Assembly: GCA_040216735.1 (NCBI GenBank)
Contig: JAVJOO010000003.1
Coordinates: forward strand, 76,746 to 140,745
Reading direction: 5' to 3'
Source of the DNA: Alphaproteobacteria bacterium
GTDB lineage: Bacteria > Pseudomonadota > Alphaproteobacteria > SHVP01
DNA: 64,000 bases
Shown: positions 9,641-19,002 of the stretch, piece after piece
Numbering within the stretch: the first letter of the stretch is position 1
Layout of the letters: every line of letters starts with the position of its first letter
Notes under the pieces: generated by a model
What the model was told of the DNA's origin: nothing
Database searches by the model: none
What the model saw: only the letters and a program-made list of their open reading frames with translations
Program-made: the position numbers and the translations under genes

Positions 9641-10152
9641 TGCGGCCCATCGTTCGGCCGATGGTCGATGCGGATGCGGCGGCCGTGCTGGCGATCTACC
9701 AAGCCGGCATCGACGCGGGCGACGCGACCTTTGAATCCAAAGCGCCGGACTGGCCCGACTGGACAGCAGCCCATCACCGACATAGTCGCTTGGTCGCGGA
9801 TAGTGGCGGCACGGTGATCGGTTGGGCGGCCCTGGCGCCGGTATCGCGCCGCAAGGTCTACTGCGGCGTCGCCGAAGTCAGCATCTACGTCGCCGCAGAA
9901 CACTTCGGCAAAGGCGTCGGCGGCTTGCTCATGGGTGCTTTGATCGTCAGTGCCGAGCGCGAGGGCGTGTGGACCCTCCAATCATCGATCTTCGAGGAAA
10001 ACACAGCGAGCGCGCGGCTCCATGCGCGGCACGGCTTCCGCACCGTCGGTCGTCGCGTGCGCGTCGCCCGCATGGGCCATGGCCCCATGCGGGGCCGATG
10101 GCGCGATACGATTATCCTAGAACGCCGCAGCGTCAAGGTTGGCAAGACGTGA
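9640..10152 (+). CDS. GNAT family N-acetyltransferase, phosphinothricin/methionine-sulfoximine acetyltransferase (PAT)-like
   Basis: [32 protein letters not shown]..., acetyl-CoA motif region HFGKGVGGLLMGALI, C-terminal RWRDTIILER typical of the PAT subfamily. The ATG overlaps the aapP stop (TGATG). Confidence 0.8.
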   Translation: MRPIVRPMVDADAAAVLAIYQAGIDAGDATFESKAPDWPDWTAAHHRHSRLVADSGGTVIGWAALAPVSRRKVYCGVAEVSIYVAAEHFGKGVGGLLMGALIVSAEREGVWTLQSSIFEENTASARLHARHGFRTVGRRVRVARMGHGPMRGRWRDTIILERRSVKVGKT

Positions 10153-10204
10153 ACGACGGAGGCCGGTGCATCCGTTTGCCGAAAACTGCATTTAGCAGCA
10201 AAAG

Positions 10205-10582
10205 CTATTCGGCAACCTTCAGGTATTCGATCACGTCCTCGATCTCGTCCTCTTTCTTCAACCCGGCAAAGCTCATCTTGGTGCCTTTGACGAAGGCCCG
10301 CGGGTTTTCGAGATACTCTTCAAGGTTCTCTTCATTCCATGTGATTCCGGACTCTGCCATCGCCTTCGAGTAGCGGTATCCCTCGGCCGTCGCTGCCTCG
10401 CGTCCGATAATCCCGTGCAGATTAGGCCCGACCTTGTGTTTTCCGTCGGCCTCGACCGAATGGCATGCGGCGCATTTGCGGAACACCTTGGCGCCTTTCT
10501 CAGCATCGCCGTCGGCCCACGCGCCATTACTCACGACACCAATTGCGACCGCAACGACCAGAAAACTCAAACCTCTAAACAT
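10205..10582 (-). CDS. class I c-type cytochrome (cytochrome c2/c550-like), signal peptide
   Basis: [23 protein letters not shown] signal, heme motif [19 protein letters not shown], methionine ligand region GTKMSFAGL. The longer track ORF (to 10912) is an unsupported upstream extension. Confidence 0.85.
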   Translation of the reverse strand: MFRGLSFLVVAVAIGVVSNGAWADGDAEKGAKVFRKCAACHSVEADGKHKVGPNLHGIIGREAATAEGYRYSKAMAESGITWNEENLEEYLENPRAFVKGTKMSFAGLKKEDEIEDVIEYLKVAE

Positions 10583-10649
10583 CGGGCAACCTCTTTTTTT
10601 TGCGTTGCCGACCATAGAAAACCTGAATTGTAACGGCAACATTGCCGAC

Positions 10650-11849
10650 ATGACGATTTCTTCATCCGCCGTGAGGAGGCTAAACTCGAACATCTTCTGC
10701 GGGGACGATTTGCGTATGGCGGGCGACGGGACTTGGCTTGAAACCTGGGAGAGCGACGGCCGCCAGGTTATCGCGCCAGTCGGTCGTTGGGCGGTCGGCG
10801 GTCTCTTCGCAGTGGAAAAGGAGATCCGCGCAATGGCCGCCGCCTCCGCCGGACCGACCCTAATCGATTTGGCTAAGGTCGAGGTGCTCGACACCGCCGG
10901 TGCCTGGACCATCTACCGGACCGCGAGAGACCTTGAGGCTAGGGGCATTGCTGTCGACTTGGTCGGCGTGAACGACGCCCAAGCGGCGATGATCGAAGCC
11001 GTGCGCGCGGCCGAGACCGAAGTCGAGCCCGACGAACCTACCGGCAATTCCTTCGTCAACATGGTGGAACACGTTGGCAGGAGCGCCGTCGATATCGGGC
11101 GCGAGACGGCCGACCTGTTGGGCTTTTTCGGCTTGATCTTGACCACCGCGGCGCGCGCCCTTACGCGCCCGCACAAGCTCCGCACGACCTCGCTCTTTTA
11201 CCATATGGAAGAAGTCGGTCTGAATGCTATCCCGATCGTCGGCCTGATGGCCTTTTTGATCGGCATCGTGCTCGCGTTCCAAGGCGCCAGCCAACTACAG
11301 CGGTTCGGTGCCGAAGTCTTCGTCGTCAACCTCGTCGCGGTTTCGGTGTTGCGCGAGATCGGCGTCTTGATGACGGCGATCATCGTCGCCGGCCGGTCGG
11401 GCAGCGCCTTCACCGCTCAGATCGGGTCCATGAAGGTGAACGAAGAGGTCGACGCGATGCAGACGCTGGGACTCGACCCGATCGAGGTTCTCGTACTGCC
11501 GCGGTTGTTTGCCCTGGTCCTTACGCTCCCATTGCTGGCATTCTTCGCCGATATCATGGGCCTAGTAGGCGGCGGCCTCATGGCCTGGATTGCCCTCGAT
11601 ATTTCGCCGGCGACGTTCATCGAGCGCCTGCGTGATGCCGTTAGTATGTGGTCGTTCTGGGTTGGCATTCTCAAGGCGCCGTTCTTCGCGTTCATGATCG
11701 CGATGATCGGGTGCTACGAAGGTTTCCAAGTCACCGGCAGCGCCACCAGCGTGGGCCAGCGCACGACGCGTGCGGTCGTCGAAGCGATATTCCTGGTGAT
11801 CGTGATTGACGCGGCGTTTTCCATCTTTTTCCAAGTGGTCGGTATCTGA
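10650..11849 (+). CDS. MlaE-family ABC transporter permease with N-terminal STAS (MlaB-like) domain fusion
   Basis: N-terminal roughly 110 aa look STAS-like ([30 protein letters not shown]...[18 protein letters not shown]). They are followed by an MlaE/YrbE permease core ([52 protein letters not shown]). Confidence 0.8.
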   Translation: MTISSSAVRRLNSNIFCGDDLRMAGDGTWLETWESDGRQVIAPVGRWAVGGLFAVEKEIRAMAAASAGPTLIDLAKVEVLDTAGAWTIYRTARDLEARGIAVDLVGVNDAQAAMIEAVRAAETEVEPDEPTGNSFVNMVEHVGRSAVDIGRETADLLGFFGLILTTAARALTRPHKLRTTSLFYHMEEVGLNAIPIVGLMAFLIGIVLAFQGASQLQRFGAEVFVVNLVAVSVLREIGVLMTAIIVAGRSGSAFTAQIGSMKVNEEVDAMQTLGLDPIEVLVLPRLFALVLTLPLLAFFADIMGLVGGGLMAWIALDISPATFIERLRDAVSMWSFWVGILKAPFFAFMIAMIGCYEGFQVTGSATSVGQRTTRAVVEAIFLVIVIDAAFSIFFQVVGI

Positions 11850-12619
11850 TGGCCGGGCAAGACAGCGACATCGCCATCCGAATACGCGGACTGCGAACGG
11901 AGTTTGGAACGCAGGTTATTCACAACGACCTCGATTTAGATGTGCGCCGCGGCGAGGTCATTGGCGTCGTCGGCGGATCGGGGACGGGTAAGTCTGTCCT
12001 GCTCAGAACCATTGTTGGGCTCAACAAACCGACTGCCGGGTCTATCGAGGTATTGGACCGACCGGTCACCGGCGCGTCGCGCGAGGAGATGCTGGAATTA
12101 GAAAAACGATGGGGGGTTCTATTCCAGGACGGCGCGTTGTTCAGCTCGTTGACGGTCGAAGAGAACATAGAGGTGCCGCTTAAGGAGCACACCGCGATGG
12201 CCCACGACTTCCGCAAAGAGGTCGCGGCGCTCAAGCTGCGCATGGTCGGTTTGCCGATGACTGCGTGCCACAAGTTTCCGTCCCAGCTCTCCGGCGGTAT
12301 GCGCAAACGCGCAGGGCTGGCACGTGCGCTCGCGCTGGATCCCGATATTCTCTTTCTCGACGAACCGACGGCGGGCCTCGACCCGATCGGCGCCGCCGCC
12401 TTCGACCAGTTGATTCGGCGATTGCAGCAGTCGTTGGGACTGACCGTGTTCATGGTTACCCACGATCTGGACAGCCTCAATGCAATTTGCGACCGTATCG
12501 CCGTCCTTGCCGACCACCGGGTGTCCGTGATTGGACCGATGGATGACATGCTGAGAAGCGATCACCCTTGGGTGCGTGAGTATTTTCATGGCCCGCGCGC
12601 CAGGGCCGCGCTGGGATAG
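11849..12619 (+). CDS. ABC transporter ATP-binding protein (MlaF/Mce-associated type)
   Basis: Walker A GGSGTGKSV, signature LSGGMRKRAGLARAL, Walker B LFLDEPTAGLD; start overlaps the upstream stop. Confidence 0.85.
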   Translation: MAGQDSDIAIRIRGLRTEFGTQVIHNDLDLDVRRGEVIGVVGGSGTGKSVLLRTIVGLNKPTAGSIEVLDRPVTGASREEMLELEKRWGVLFQDGALFSSLTVEENIEVPLKEHTAMAHDFRKEVAALKLRMVGLPMTACHKFPSQLSGGMRKRAGLARALALDPDILFLDEPTAGLDPIGAAAFDQLIRRLQQSLGLTVFMVTHDLDSLNAICDRIAVLADHRVSVIGPMDDMLRSDHPWVREYFHGPRARAALG

Positions 12620-12632
12620 ACGGGGAGTCGAC

Positions 12633-13655
12633 GTGGAAAATAGAGCGAACTATATCCTGGTCGGCTCGTTTGTCCTTTTGATCGTGCTAGGCCTGTTCGG
12701 GTTTGTGATTTGGTTGGCCAAGCTCGAAGTCGACCGTGAATTCGCGCGCTACACCATCTATTTCGACGGGTCGGTCTCGGGCCTTAGTACTGCGAGCAGC
12801 GTTCTCTATAACGGGATACCGGTCGGCACTGTCGACTCGATCCGGATCGACCCGCAAAACCCGCAACGGGTCCGCGTCGTGGTCGACATCGCGACCGATA
12901 CGCCGGTCAAGAAGGATTCGGTCGCCGAACTACAGGCCCAAGGCATCACAGGCGTTTCGTTGGTCGCGCTGACCGGCGGCAGCGCGACAAGTCCGGCCCT
13001 AACCGAGGTGCCTCCCGGCGAGCGCTACCCGGTGATCGATTCGCGCCCCTCCCAGTTTCAGCGCCTGTTTCAGGGTGCGCCCGATCTGATCGCGCGCGGC
13101 GTTGAGCTGCTGGAGCAAACCAAACGGCTGGTCAACGACGATAACATCAAAGCGCTATCGGCGATCATCGGGGACGTTCAGACCTTGTCGGGCGAACTTG
13201 CGGGCCGTGCTGGCGATCTGGGCAGCATTCTTGGTAACGTCCAAGAAACGTCCGACGAAATGAAAAAGGCGGCCGTGTCCCTCAATACTCTCGTCCAGAC
13301 GCTCGATGCGCGCGTTGACACCTTGTCGGAGAGCGCGGACGCGACCTTGGCGGTTCTGCGCGGCGCGGTGACGACTGCCGACGGCGTGGTCGAAAACGAC
13401 CTGCGCGGTCTCATACAGGAGCTCCGCGCCACCGCAACGTCGGTGACCCAGGTTTCGGACGGTCTGAACGTCATTGTCGAGGAGACGAGGCAACCGATCG
13501 CCGACTTTTCGGCCGAGGGACTTTACGAGTTCTCCGGCCTGATCGCCGACATGCGTGCCCTCATGGGCGACCTGTCGCGGCTTACCACGGCCATCGAGTC
13601 CGATCCGGCACAATTCCTATTTGGCGACGCGCAGCGGGGGTTTGAAACGCAATGA
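12633..13655 (+). CDS. MCE/MlaD family substrate-binding protein (membrane-anchored)
   Basis: GTG start VENRANYILVGSFVLLIVLG (typical MlaD N-terminus) then an MCE domain (YTIYFDGSVSGLSTASSVLYNGIPVGTVDSIRIDP). RBS GGGGAG precedes it; the track's 12576 start overlaps the ATPase gene. Confidence 0.8.
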   Translation: MENRANYILVGSFVLLIVLGLFGFVIWLAKLEVDREFARYTIYFDGSVSGLSTASSVLYNGIPVGTVDSIRIDPQNPQRVRVVVDIATDTPVKKDSVAELQAQGITGVSLVALTGGSATSPALTEVPPGERYPVIDSRPSQFQRLFQGAPDLIARGVELLEQTKRLVNDDNIKALSAIIGDVQTLSGELAGRAGDLGSILGNVQETSDEMKKAAVSLNTLVQTLDARVDTLSESADATLAVLRGAVTTADGVVENDLRGLIQELRATATSVTQVSDGLNVIVEETRQPIADFSAEGLYEFSGLIADMRALMGDLSRLTTAIESDPAQFLFGDAQRGFETQ

Positions 13656-14296
13656 CCTGGCTTGGCAATGACAGGCGGCGGTTCGCGCCATCGCTGGTTC
13701 TTCTCGTCGGCCTGCTGGCCGGTTGCGGTGTGTTGCCGGGCGGCGGTCCGCCGGCCGACATGTTCACGCTGACACCCAAGAACACCTTCGATACCGGCCT
13801 GCCGGCGGCCGACTGGCAGCTCGTTGTAGAAGAGCCCAGCGCAGCCGGTGGGTTACAGGTGCAGAACATCGCGCTTCGAACCCGGGCGATTGAACTCCAA
13901 TACTTCGCCGGCGCGCGCTGGACCGAGCGTGCGCCGCGCATGGTGCAGACGCTCCTCGTCGAATCCTTCGAAAACAGCGGCAAGATCGTCGCGGTCGGCC
14001 GCCAGACCATCGGGTTGCGCTCGGATTTCAATCTCAAGACCGAACTTCGCGAATTTCAAGCCGAGTACACCAAACCCAACTTGCCGCCCACGGTCCATGT
14101 TCGGTTGAGCGCGCGGCTCATTAAACAGCCCCGCCGCGAGATAATCGCTTCCGAGAATTTCGATGCAAGGGTCGTGGCCGAAAGCACGGCGATGGAGGAC
14201 GTCATCCTCGCGTTCGACGATGCGCTGGGGAAGGTGATCCGCAAAACCGTCGAGTGGAGCTTGACGAGCGGCGCGGCCGCGCGCCGCGTCCGCTAG
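13652..14296 (+). CDS. ABC-type transport auxiliary lipoprotein (ABC_trans_aux/DUF330-like)
   Basis: Lipobox LLAGCGV after a positively charged N-terminus; the start overlaps the MCE gene stop, giving a four-gene operon. Confidence 0.7.
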   Translation: MTWLGNDRRRFAPSLVLLVGLLAGCGVLPGGGPPADMFTLTPKNTFDTGLPAADWQLVVEEPSAAGGLQVQNIALRTRAIELQYFAGARWTERAPRMVQTLLVESFENSGKIVAVGRQTIGLRSDFNLKTELREFQAEYTKPNLPPTVHVRLSARLIKQPRREIIASENFDARVVAESTAMEDVILAFDDALGKVIRKTVEWSLTSGAAARRVR

Positions 14297-14303
14297 CGGC
14301 CGT

Positions 14304-15125
14304 CTACTCGGCCGCTTCGCGCGCGTTGCCCCGCGGGTCTTGAAAATCCAAGGCCCGGACCGCGTCAGCCATCGCGCGGTAGTGGTCTCTGCGATCGCCG
14401 CCCGCCTGCGGGTATTTTAGCGCACTATGGCTTAGGCCGAGGGTCAACAGCATTTCCGTGGCCTTGTAGCCCGTGGCCAGCGGATTGAGCACAGGCGCGC
14501 TGACGCGAGCGGCAATACCGGCGGCAGCGGGAGACATGCAGGTGCATCCCAGCATGATGGTGTCAGCATGGTCTTCGGCAATGGCGCGTTCGCACTCGCG
14601 GACGATGCGGTCCTGCTGAGTGATTTCGCCCGACCGCATGTCGGTCACGAAGTTTTCGTCCTCGCTGAGGGTGTCGAGTTCGTCGTCCGCGCTAACGCAG
14701 CGGATCGACACGCAGCGATCCTCCATGCGGTAGAGCTGAAGTAGCCCGTGGTAGATGAACAGCAATTGTGGCGGCCAAATCGTGACGATGGAAAATTTGC
14801 TGCCGAGCTGGCTGGCGGCGTGCATGGTCGCCTGTCCGGCACCGACGACGGGGATGCGTACCGCCGACCGGAGGGCACTCAAGCCATAGTCGCCGACAGT
14901 ATTGATAAAGATCGCGTCGAACCCTTCGGCCTCGGCACGCAGACCGGTTTCGATATTGGCGACCTCGCTCATGTTCCGGTTGATTTCATTGACCGGAAAG
15001 GCGGGCAAACGCGTTTCGATCAAGAGCGGATCGAAGTCCGGCCCCTTGATATCGAGAATTTCCTGCGGCGGTTTTTGGTCCCCGGTGCGGCGAAATCCGG
15101 TTCCGATAACGGCGATCTTTTTCAT
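14304..15125 (-). CDS. Asp/Glu/hydantoin racemase family protein (arylmalonate decarboxylase/maleate isomerase-like)
   Basis: MKKIAVIGTGF..., GCTCMS motif region; RBS GGGGAG 8 nt upstream of ATG 15125. Confidence 0.75.
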   Translation of the reverse strand: MKKIAVIGTGFRRTGDQKPPQEILDIKGPDFDPLLIETRLPAFPVNEINRNMSEVANIETGLRAEAEGFDAIFINTVGDYGLSALRSAVRIPVVGAGQATMHAASQLGSKFSIVTIWPPQLLFIYHGLLQLYRMEDRCVSIRCVSADDELDTLSEDENFVTDMRSGEITQQDRIVRECERAIAEDHADTIMLGCTCMSPAAAGIAARVSAPVLNPLATGYKATEMLLTLGLSHSALKYPQAGGDRRDHYRAMADAVRALDFQDPRGNAREAAE

Positions 15126-15177
15126 CGTGCGACTCCCCAATGGTGGGGCCTGCTCAGCAGGCGTAGCGAGTATTTGG

Positions 15178-16104
15178 CTATACGCTAAGCCCGTTTAGGC
15201 GTTTGGCCAAGTCTTCGAGCAGCTCCAGATTCTCGATCCGGGACACCCAGTCCTTGGGAATAGCCTTGACGCCCAAGTAACTCCCGCACAAGGCGCCAGC
15301 CATCGAGCCAAGCGTGTCGCGATCGCCGCCCTGGAGGATCGCGCCGAACAGGCAATCCTCGTACGAGTTCATGCGGCGCAAAAAGGCATACAGCGAGAAA
15401 GGCAGGGACTCCGTGACGGTTTGCGATAGACGGAGCGTTTCGGCGGCTTTTTTCGGTGGCGTCTTGCTGGCGATCAGTTCCACAACCTGAACCAGTTTGA
15501 GGCGCATTTCCTTGGTCTGCGCAAAGCGGACGATGCCCGTACAAAACTCGGCAAAGGGAAATTTCGCCTTCGGGTCGAGGTTCGCGAGCTGGGCCACGGC
15601 CCAGGCCATTATTGCGGCGCCGTCAATTCCGACCGCGTGCGTATGGGTAATTCGCGCCGATTGTTCGGCACTTTCACGCAGGTTGTCCGAGTTGCGAAAA
15701 AGGACGCCAAGGGGCGCGATACGCATCGCGGCACCGTTGCCAAAAGACCCTTCGCCGTCATGGAGCCGCGCGGCAGCCTCGGAAAAGGGCATGTCGTGGC
15801 GTTTTGCTGTCGCGAAGATCGCCGGAACGCTCTTGGAATAGTCGCGCCACGGCTCTTTGCCGTAATTGCGCTGAAAAATCCGCCCTATTTCATCCTCGTT
15901 GACCGCGCCGCCCGACAGCGTCAACGCCTCGGCGAGGCCGATCGACATTGCCGTGTCGTCGGTATAGCGCAGCACATCGCCTTCACTGATCCAGTCGGTC
16001 AGCGAATCCAGGTCCCCATGGACCGATGCGAGCTCGCCAATAGCATCCCCAACCGCGCCGCCGAGCAATGCGCCGCGAAACTTGTCCAGTGTAGAGACCG
16101 GCAA
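15178..16104 (-). CDS. ADP-ribosylglycohydrolase family protein (DraG-like)
   Basis: FRGALLGGAVGDAIG, YTDDTAM, GNGAAMRIAPLG motifs; TTG start with GGGGAG RBS. Confidence 0.85.
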   Translation of the reverse strand: MPVSTLDKFRGALLGGAVGDAIGELASVHGDLDSLTDWISEGDVLRYTDDTAMSIGLAEALTLSGGAVNEDEIGRIFQRNYGKEPWRDYSKSVPAIFATAKRHDMPFSEAAARLHDGEGSFGNGAAMRIAPLGVLFRNSDNLRESAEQSARITHTHAVGIDGAAIMAWAVAQLANLDPKAKFPFAEFCTGIVRFAQTKEMRLKLVQVVELIASKTPPKKAAETLRLSQTVTESLPFSLYAFLRRMNSYEDCLFGAILQGGDRDTLGSMAGALCGSYLGVKAIPKDWVSRIENLELLEDLAKRLNGLSV

Positions 16105-16162
16105 CCGTCTCCCCTATCCGCCAGATCTGGCGTTACTGTTACAGGAGAAAGTTCGGGACAGC

Positions 16163-16201
16163 CAGTATTGCGGCGATCTTCCCGGTATTGCAGCGATCTT
16201 C
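16163..16201 (+). repeat. tandem direct repeat (2 copies, 20-bp period) in a divergent promoter region
   Basis: cagtattgcggcgatcttcc / cggtattgcagcgatcttca; 17-bp core gtattgcGgcgatcttc vs gtattgcAgcgatcttc. Confidence 0.5.
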
Positions 16202-16239
16202 ATTGTCGTGGGTTGCGGCCATGGTCTAGGCTCCATGCC

Positions 16240-16497
16240 ATGGTGGGGAACGGGAAAACGGCGGGGCGGCCAAAGCCCTCGGAGGCGCAACGGCGCTATC
16301 TCAAGCGCGGCCTGAAGGAGCCGGGCGGCAAGCTGCCGATCTTCGATCGCTCCGGCCAGCAGATCAGCGCCAAGACGATCAAGTTCTGCATTGAGCAGGG
16401 TTGGGCGGAGCCCTGGTTCGACAACCCGATCAAACCGGACTGGCTCGTATGCCGCCTCACCGAGCGTGGCCGCGATCTATTGTCGGGGCCGTCCTAG
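16240..16497 (+). CDS. small basic protein (85 aa), conserved-looking, possible DNA-binding regulator
   Basis: MVGNGKTAGRPKPSEAQRRYLKRGLKEPGGKLPIFDRSGQQISAKTIKFCIEQGWAEPWFDNPIKPDWLVCRLTERGRDLLSGPS. It is the C-terminal frame of track ORF 15637..16497, whose upstream part is antisense to the ARH gene. Confidence 0.45.
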   Translation: MVGNGKTAGRPKPSEAQRRYLKRGLKEPGGKLPIFDRSGQQISAKTIKFCIEQGWAEPWFDNPIKPDWLVCRLTERGRDLLSGPS

Positions 16498-16688
16498 CGG
16501 ACACCGATCGAGGCGGTTTACGGAGTTTGTTAATAGATCGCGCTATAAAACGCCGGTAACTACCGAATTTAACTCGCAAAATGGCGTGATTGGGGGCAAC
16601 ATCTATTGATGTGCCAGGAATTGATGGGCCGACGCGCGCGGGTGCCAGCCTTTGCGCTTTGTCGCGCGCCGAAGAGAACCGCTAGTAG

Positions 16689-17513
16689 ATGAGCTTTAAG
16701 ATCAAGTTTTGGGGCGTACGCGGGAGCATCGCCTGCCCGTCGCCGCGGCACGTCGCCTTCGGCGGTAACACAAGCTGCATCGAAGTCGCGGTCAACGGCA
16801 ATCGTCTGATCCTCGATGCAGGCACCGGCATTCGCAATCTCGGTCATTGGCTCCAGCGCAAGGGCATCACGTCGGCCCGCCTGTTGATGTCCCACACGCA
16901 TTGGGACCACATCAACGGTTTTCCGTTTTTCTCACCCGCCTTTTCGAAGGGCAACGAATTCGTCGTGATGGCCGGTCACTTGGTAGAGCAGGGCGGAATC
17001 GAAAAGATCCTGGCCGGCACGATGGCCCAGCCAACCTTCCCGGTTCCGCTGGAGATGATGGGAGCGAGTATGGCGTTCGAGGACTTCAACGCCGGCGACA
17101 CGTTCACGCTATTCGATGAAGTGACGGTCCGCACGTCGCCGCTCAACCACCCGAACGGGGCGACGGGTTATCGCATCGAACATGGCGGCAAGGCGATGTG
17201 CTACGTCACCGACACCGAACATGTCGTCGGATCGTTGGACCAGAACATCCTAGGACTAATCGAAGGGGCTGATCTGGTTGTTTACGACTGCACCTATACC
17301 GACAAAGAGTTTCCCGGTCGCATCGGCTGGGGACACTCGACTTGGCAGGAAGGTGTGCGTCTTTGCCAGGCAGCAAACGTCAAGACGTTAGCGATATTTC
17401 ATCACGACCCGGACCATGAGGACGGCTTTATGGAACAGGTCGAGACCGAGGCCCGTCAGATGTGGGGCGGCGCGATCGTGGCGCGCGAGAACATGCGCTT
17501 CAATCTGCTCTAA
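16689..17513 (+). CDS. MBL-fold metallo-hydrolase
   Basis: HTHWDH motif and downstream His/Asp ligands (CYVTDTEH, IFHHDPDH). Confidence 0.85.
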   Translation: MSFKIKFWGVRGSIACPSPRHVAFGGNTSCIEVAVNGNRLILDAGTGIRNLGHWLQRKGITSARLLMSHTHWDHINGFPFFSPAFSKGNEFVVMAGHLVEQGGIEKILAGTMAQPTFPVPLEMMGASMAFEDFNAGDTFTLFDEVTVRTSPLNHPNGATGYRIEHGGKAMCYVTDTEHVVGSLDQNILGLIEGADLVVYDCTYTDKEFPGRIGWGHSTWQEGVRLCQAANVKTLAIFHHDPDHEDGFMEQVETEARQMWGGAIVARENMRFNLL

Positions 17514-17594
17514 ACGGCGCGTTGCGAAGCCGTCCGTTCCACCTATACTTTCGGTGCGATTTCTGTGGCGTGACGGCGTTGGGAGGCGTGCGCA

Positions 17595-18899
17595 ATGACC
17601 ATTAGCGTGGCCATTATTGGCACCGGGCCGGCCGGTTTCTATACCGCCGACGCCCTCATCAAGAAAGGCGTGGACTGTACGATCGACTTGATCGACCGTC
17701 TGCCAACACCCTATGGGTTGATCCGCTTCGGCGTCGCGCCCGACCACCAAACGACGAAAAAGGTTTCGCGCGCCTTCGAGAAAACGGCGATCGCGGAGCA
17801 CTGCAACTTCTTTGGCAACGTCGAAGTCGGCCGCGACATCACGTTGGCCGAGTTGCGCGGGATGTACGATGCCGTAGTCCTGGCGGTCGGTGCAGGGCAC
17901 GATCGCCTCGCCGGCATACCCGGCGAGGACAAGAAAGGTGTGATCGGTTCGGCGACCTTCGTCGGCTGGTACAACGCCCATCCCGACCTGCGTCATCTCC
18001 AACCGGACATCAACACCAAAAGCGTGGCGATTATCGGCCAGGGCAACGTCGCGATCGATATCGCGCGAGTTCTGGTCAAGACCCGAGAAGAGATGGCAGA
18101 ATCCGACCTGCCCGAATATGCCGCGGCGGCGATCGAAGCCTCGCCGATCACCGATGTGTACATGTTCGGGCGGCGCGGTCCGATCGAAGCGAAGTTCACA
18201 AATGTCGAGTTGCGCGAAATGGGCGAGTTGAAGGAAGCCGTCCCTTTGGTCGACCCGGCGCAATTGCCCGACGAGGTCGGCGACTTGGACAATCCGCGCG
18301 ACCAACGGCTCAAGGAAAAGAACCTCTCGACCTTGAAAGAGTTCACCCGTTTCAAGCCGGGCGACGCACCGCGTCATGTCCACTTTGCGTTCTACGCCAA
18401 TCCGGTTGAGATATTGGGCGGCACCCATGTTGAAGGCCTACGATTGGAAAAGACGGCCGTCGTCGATGGCCGCGCCGTTGGCACCGGCGAGTTCTTCGAA
18501 ATTGCCTGCGGTCTCGTCATTCCGGCGGTGGGCTACCGGTCGTTGCCGGTTGCCGATGTCCCGTTCGACGAGGAAAAGGCGACCGTGGTCCACGAAGACG
18601 GCAGAGTTGCGCCCGGGGTCTACGCGGTCGGGTGGGTCAAACGGGGGCCCAGCGGGGTCATTTCCACCAACCGGCCCGATGGTGCTACCGCTGCGGAGCA
18701 TATCGCGGCGGATTGCGGTGCCGGTGGTAAACCGGGCCGGTCGGCGCTGACCCCACTACTTGAAGAGCGAGGCGTGCGGGTCGTGACCTTCGACGACTGG
18801 AAGAAAATCGAGTCGGCCGAAATCGATGCGGCGCCGGGTCCGTCGCCGCGCCGCAAGTTTGAGACATTGTCGGAAATGCTCGCGGTGCTGGGGAATTAG
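17595..18899 (+). CDS. ferredoxin-NADP+ reductase, adrenodoxin-reductase (FprA) type
   Basis: VAIIGTGPAGFYTA FAD-binding motif, second Rossmann motif VAIIGQGNVAIDIARVL, C-terminal AVGWVKRGPSGVISTN; RBS GGGAGG. Confidence 0.85.
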   Translation: MTISVAIIGTGPAGFYTADALIKKGVDCTIDLIDRLPTPYGLIRFGVAPDHQTTKKVSRAFEKTAIAEHCNFFGNVEVGRDITLAELRGMYDAVVLAVGAGHDRLAGIPGEDKKGVIGSATFVGWYNAHPDLRHLQPDINTKSVAIIGQGNVAIDIARVLVKTREEMAESDLPEYAAAAIEASPITDVYMFGRRGPIEAKFTNVELREMGELKEAVPLVDPAQLPDEVGDLDNPRDQRLKEKNLSTLKEFTRFKPGDAPRHVHFAFYANPVEILGGTHVEGLRLEKTAVVDGRAVGTGEFFEIACGLVIPAVGYRSLPVADVPFDEEKATVVHEDGRVAPGVYAVGWVKRGPSGVISTNRPDGATAAEHIAADCGAGGKPGRSALTPLLEERGVRVVTFDDWKKIESAEIDAAPGPSPRRKFETLSEMLAVLGN

Positions 18900-19002
18900 C
18901 ACCTGCATAACCCTAGGTATACTGCGGGTTTTCGCCGGTACTTCTTGATTAGCCACGGGACCGGACTTAAGGTCCGCGACGTCCCTTGAATGGAGAGTGA
19001 AC

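Noticed and set aside
10153-10204. Terminator between the convergent GNAT and cytochrome c genes
   Set aside because: Only a 7-bp stem (tgccgaa/ttcggca) with a 22-nt loop and no U-tract; too weak to call.
16163-16201. Possible CRISPR-like repeat
   Set aside because: Only two adjacent copies with no spacers; interpreted as a protein-binding direct repeat. No CRISPR array or cas genes in the window.
15637-16497. 286-aa plus-strand ORF spanning the ADP-ribosylglycohydrolase gene
   Set aside because: Only the last 85 aa (from ATG 16240) lie in intergenic DNA and look protein-like; the rest is antisense to the ARH gene.
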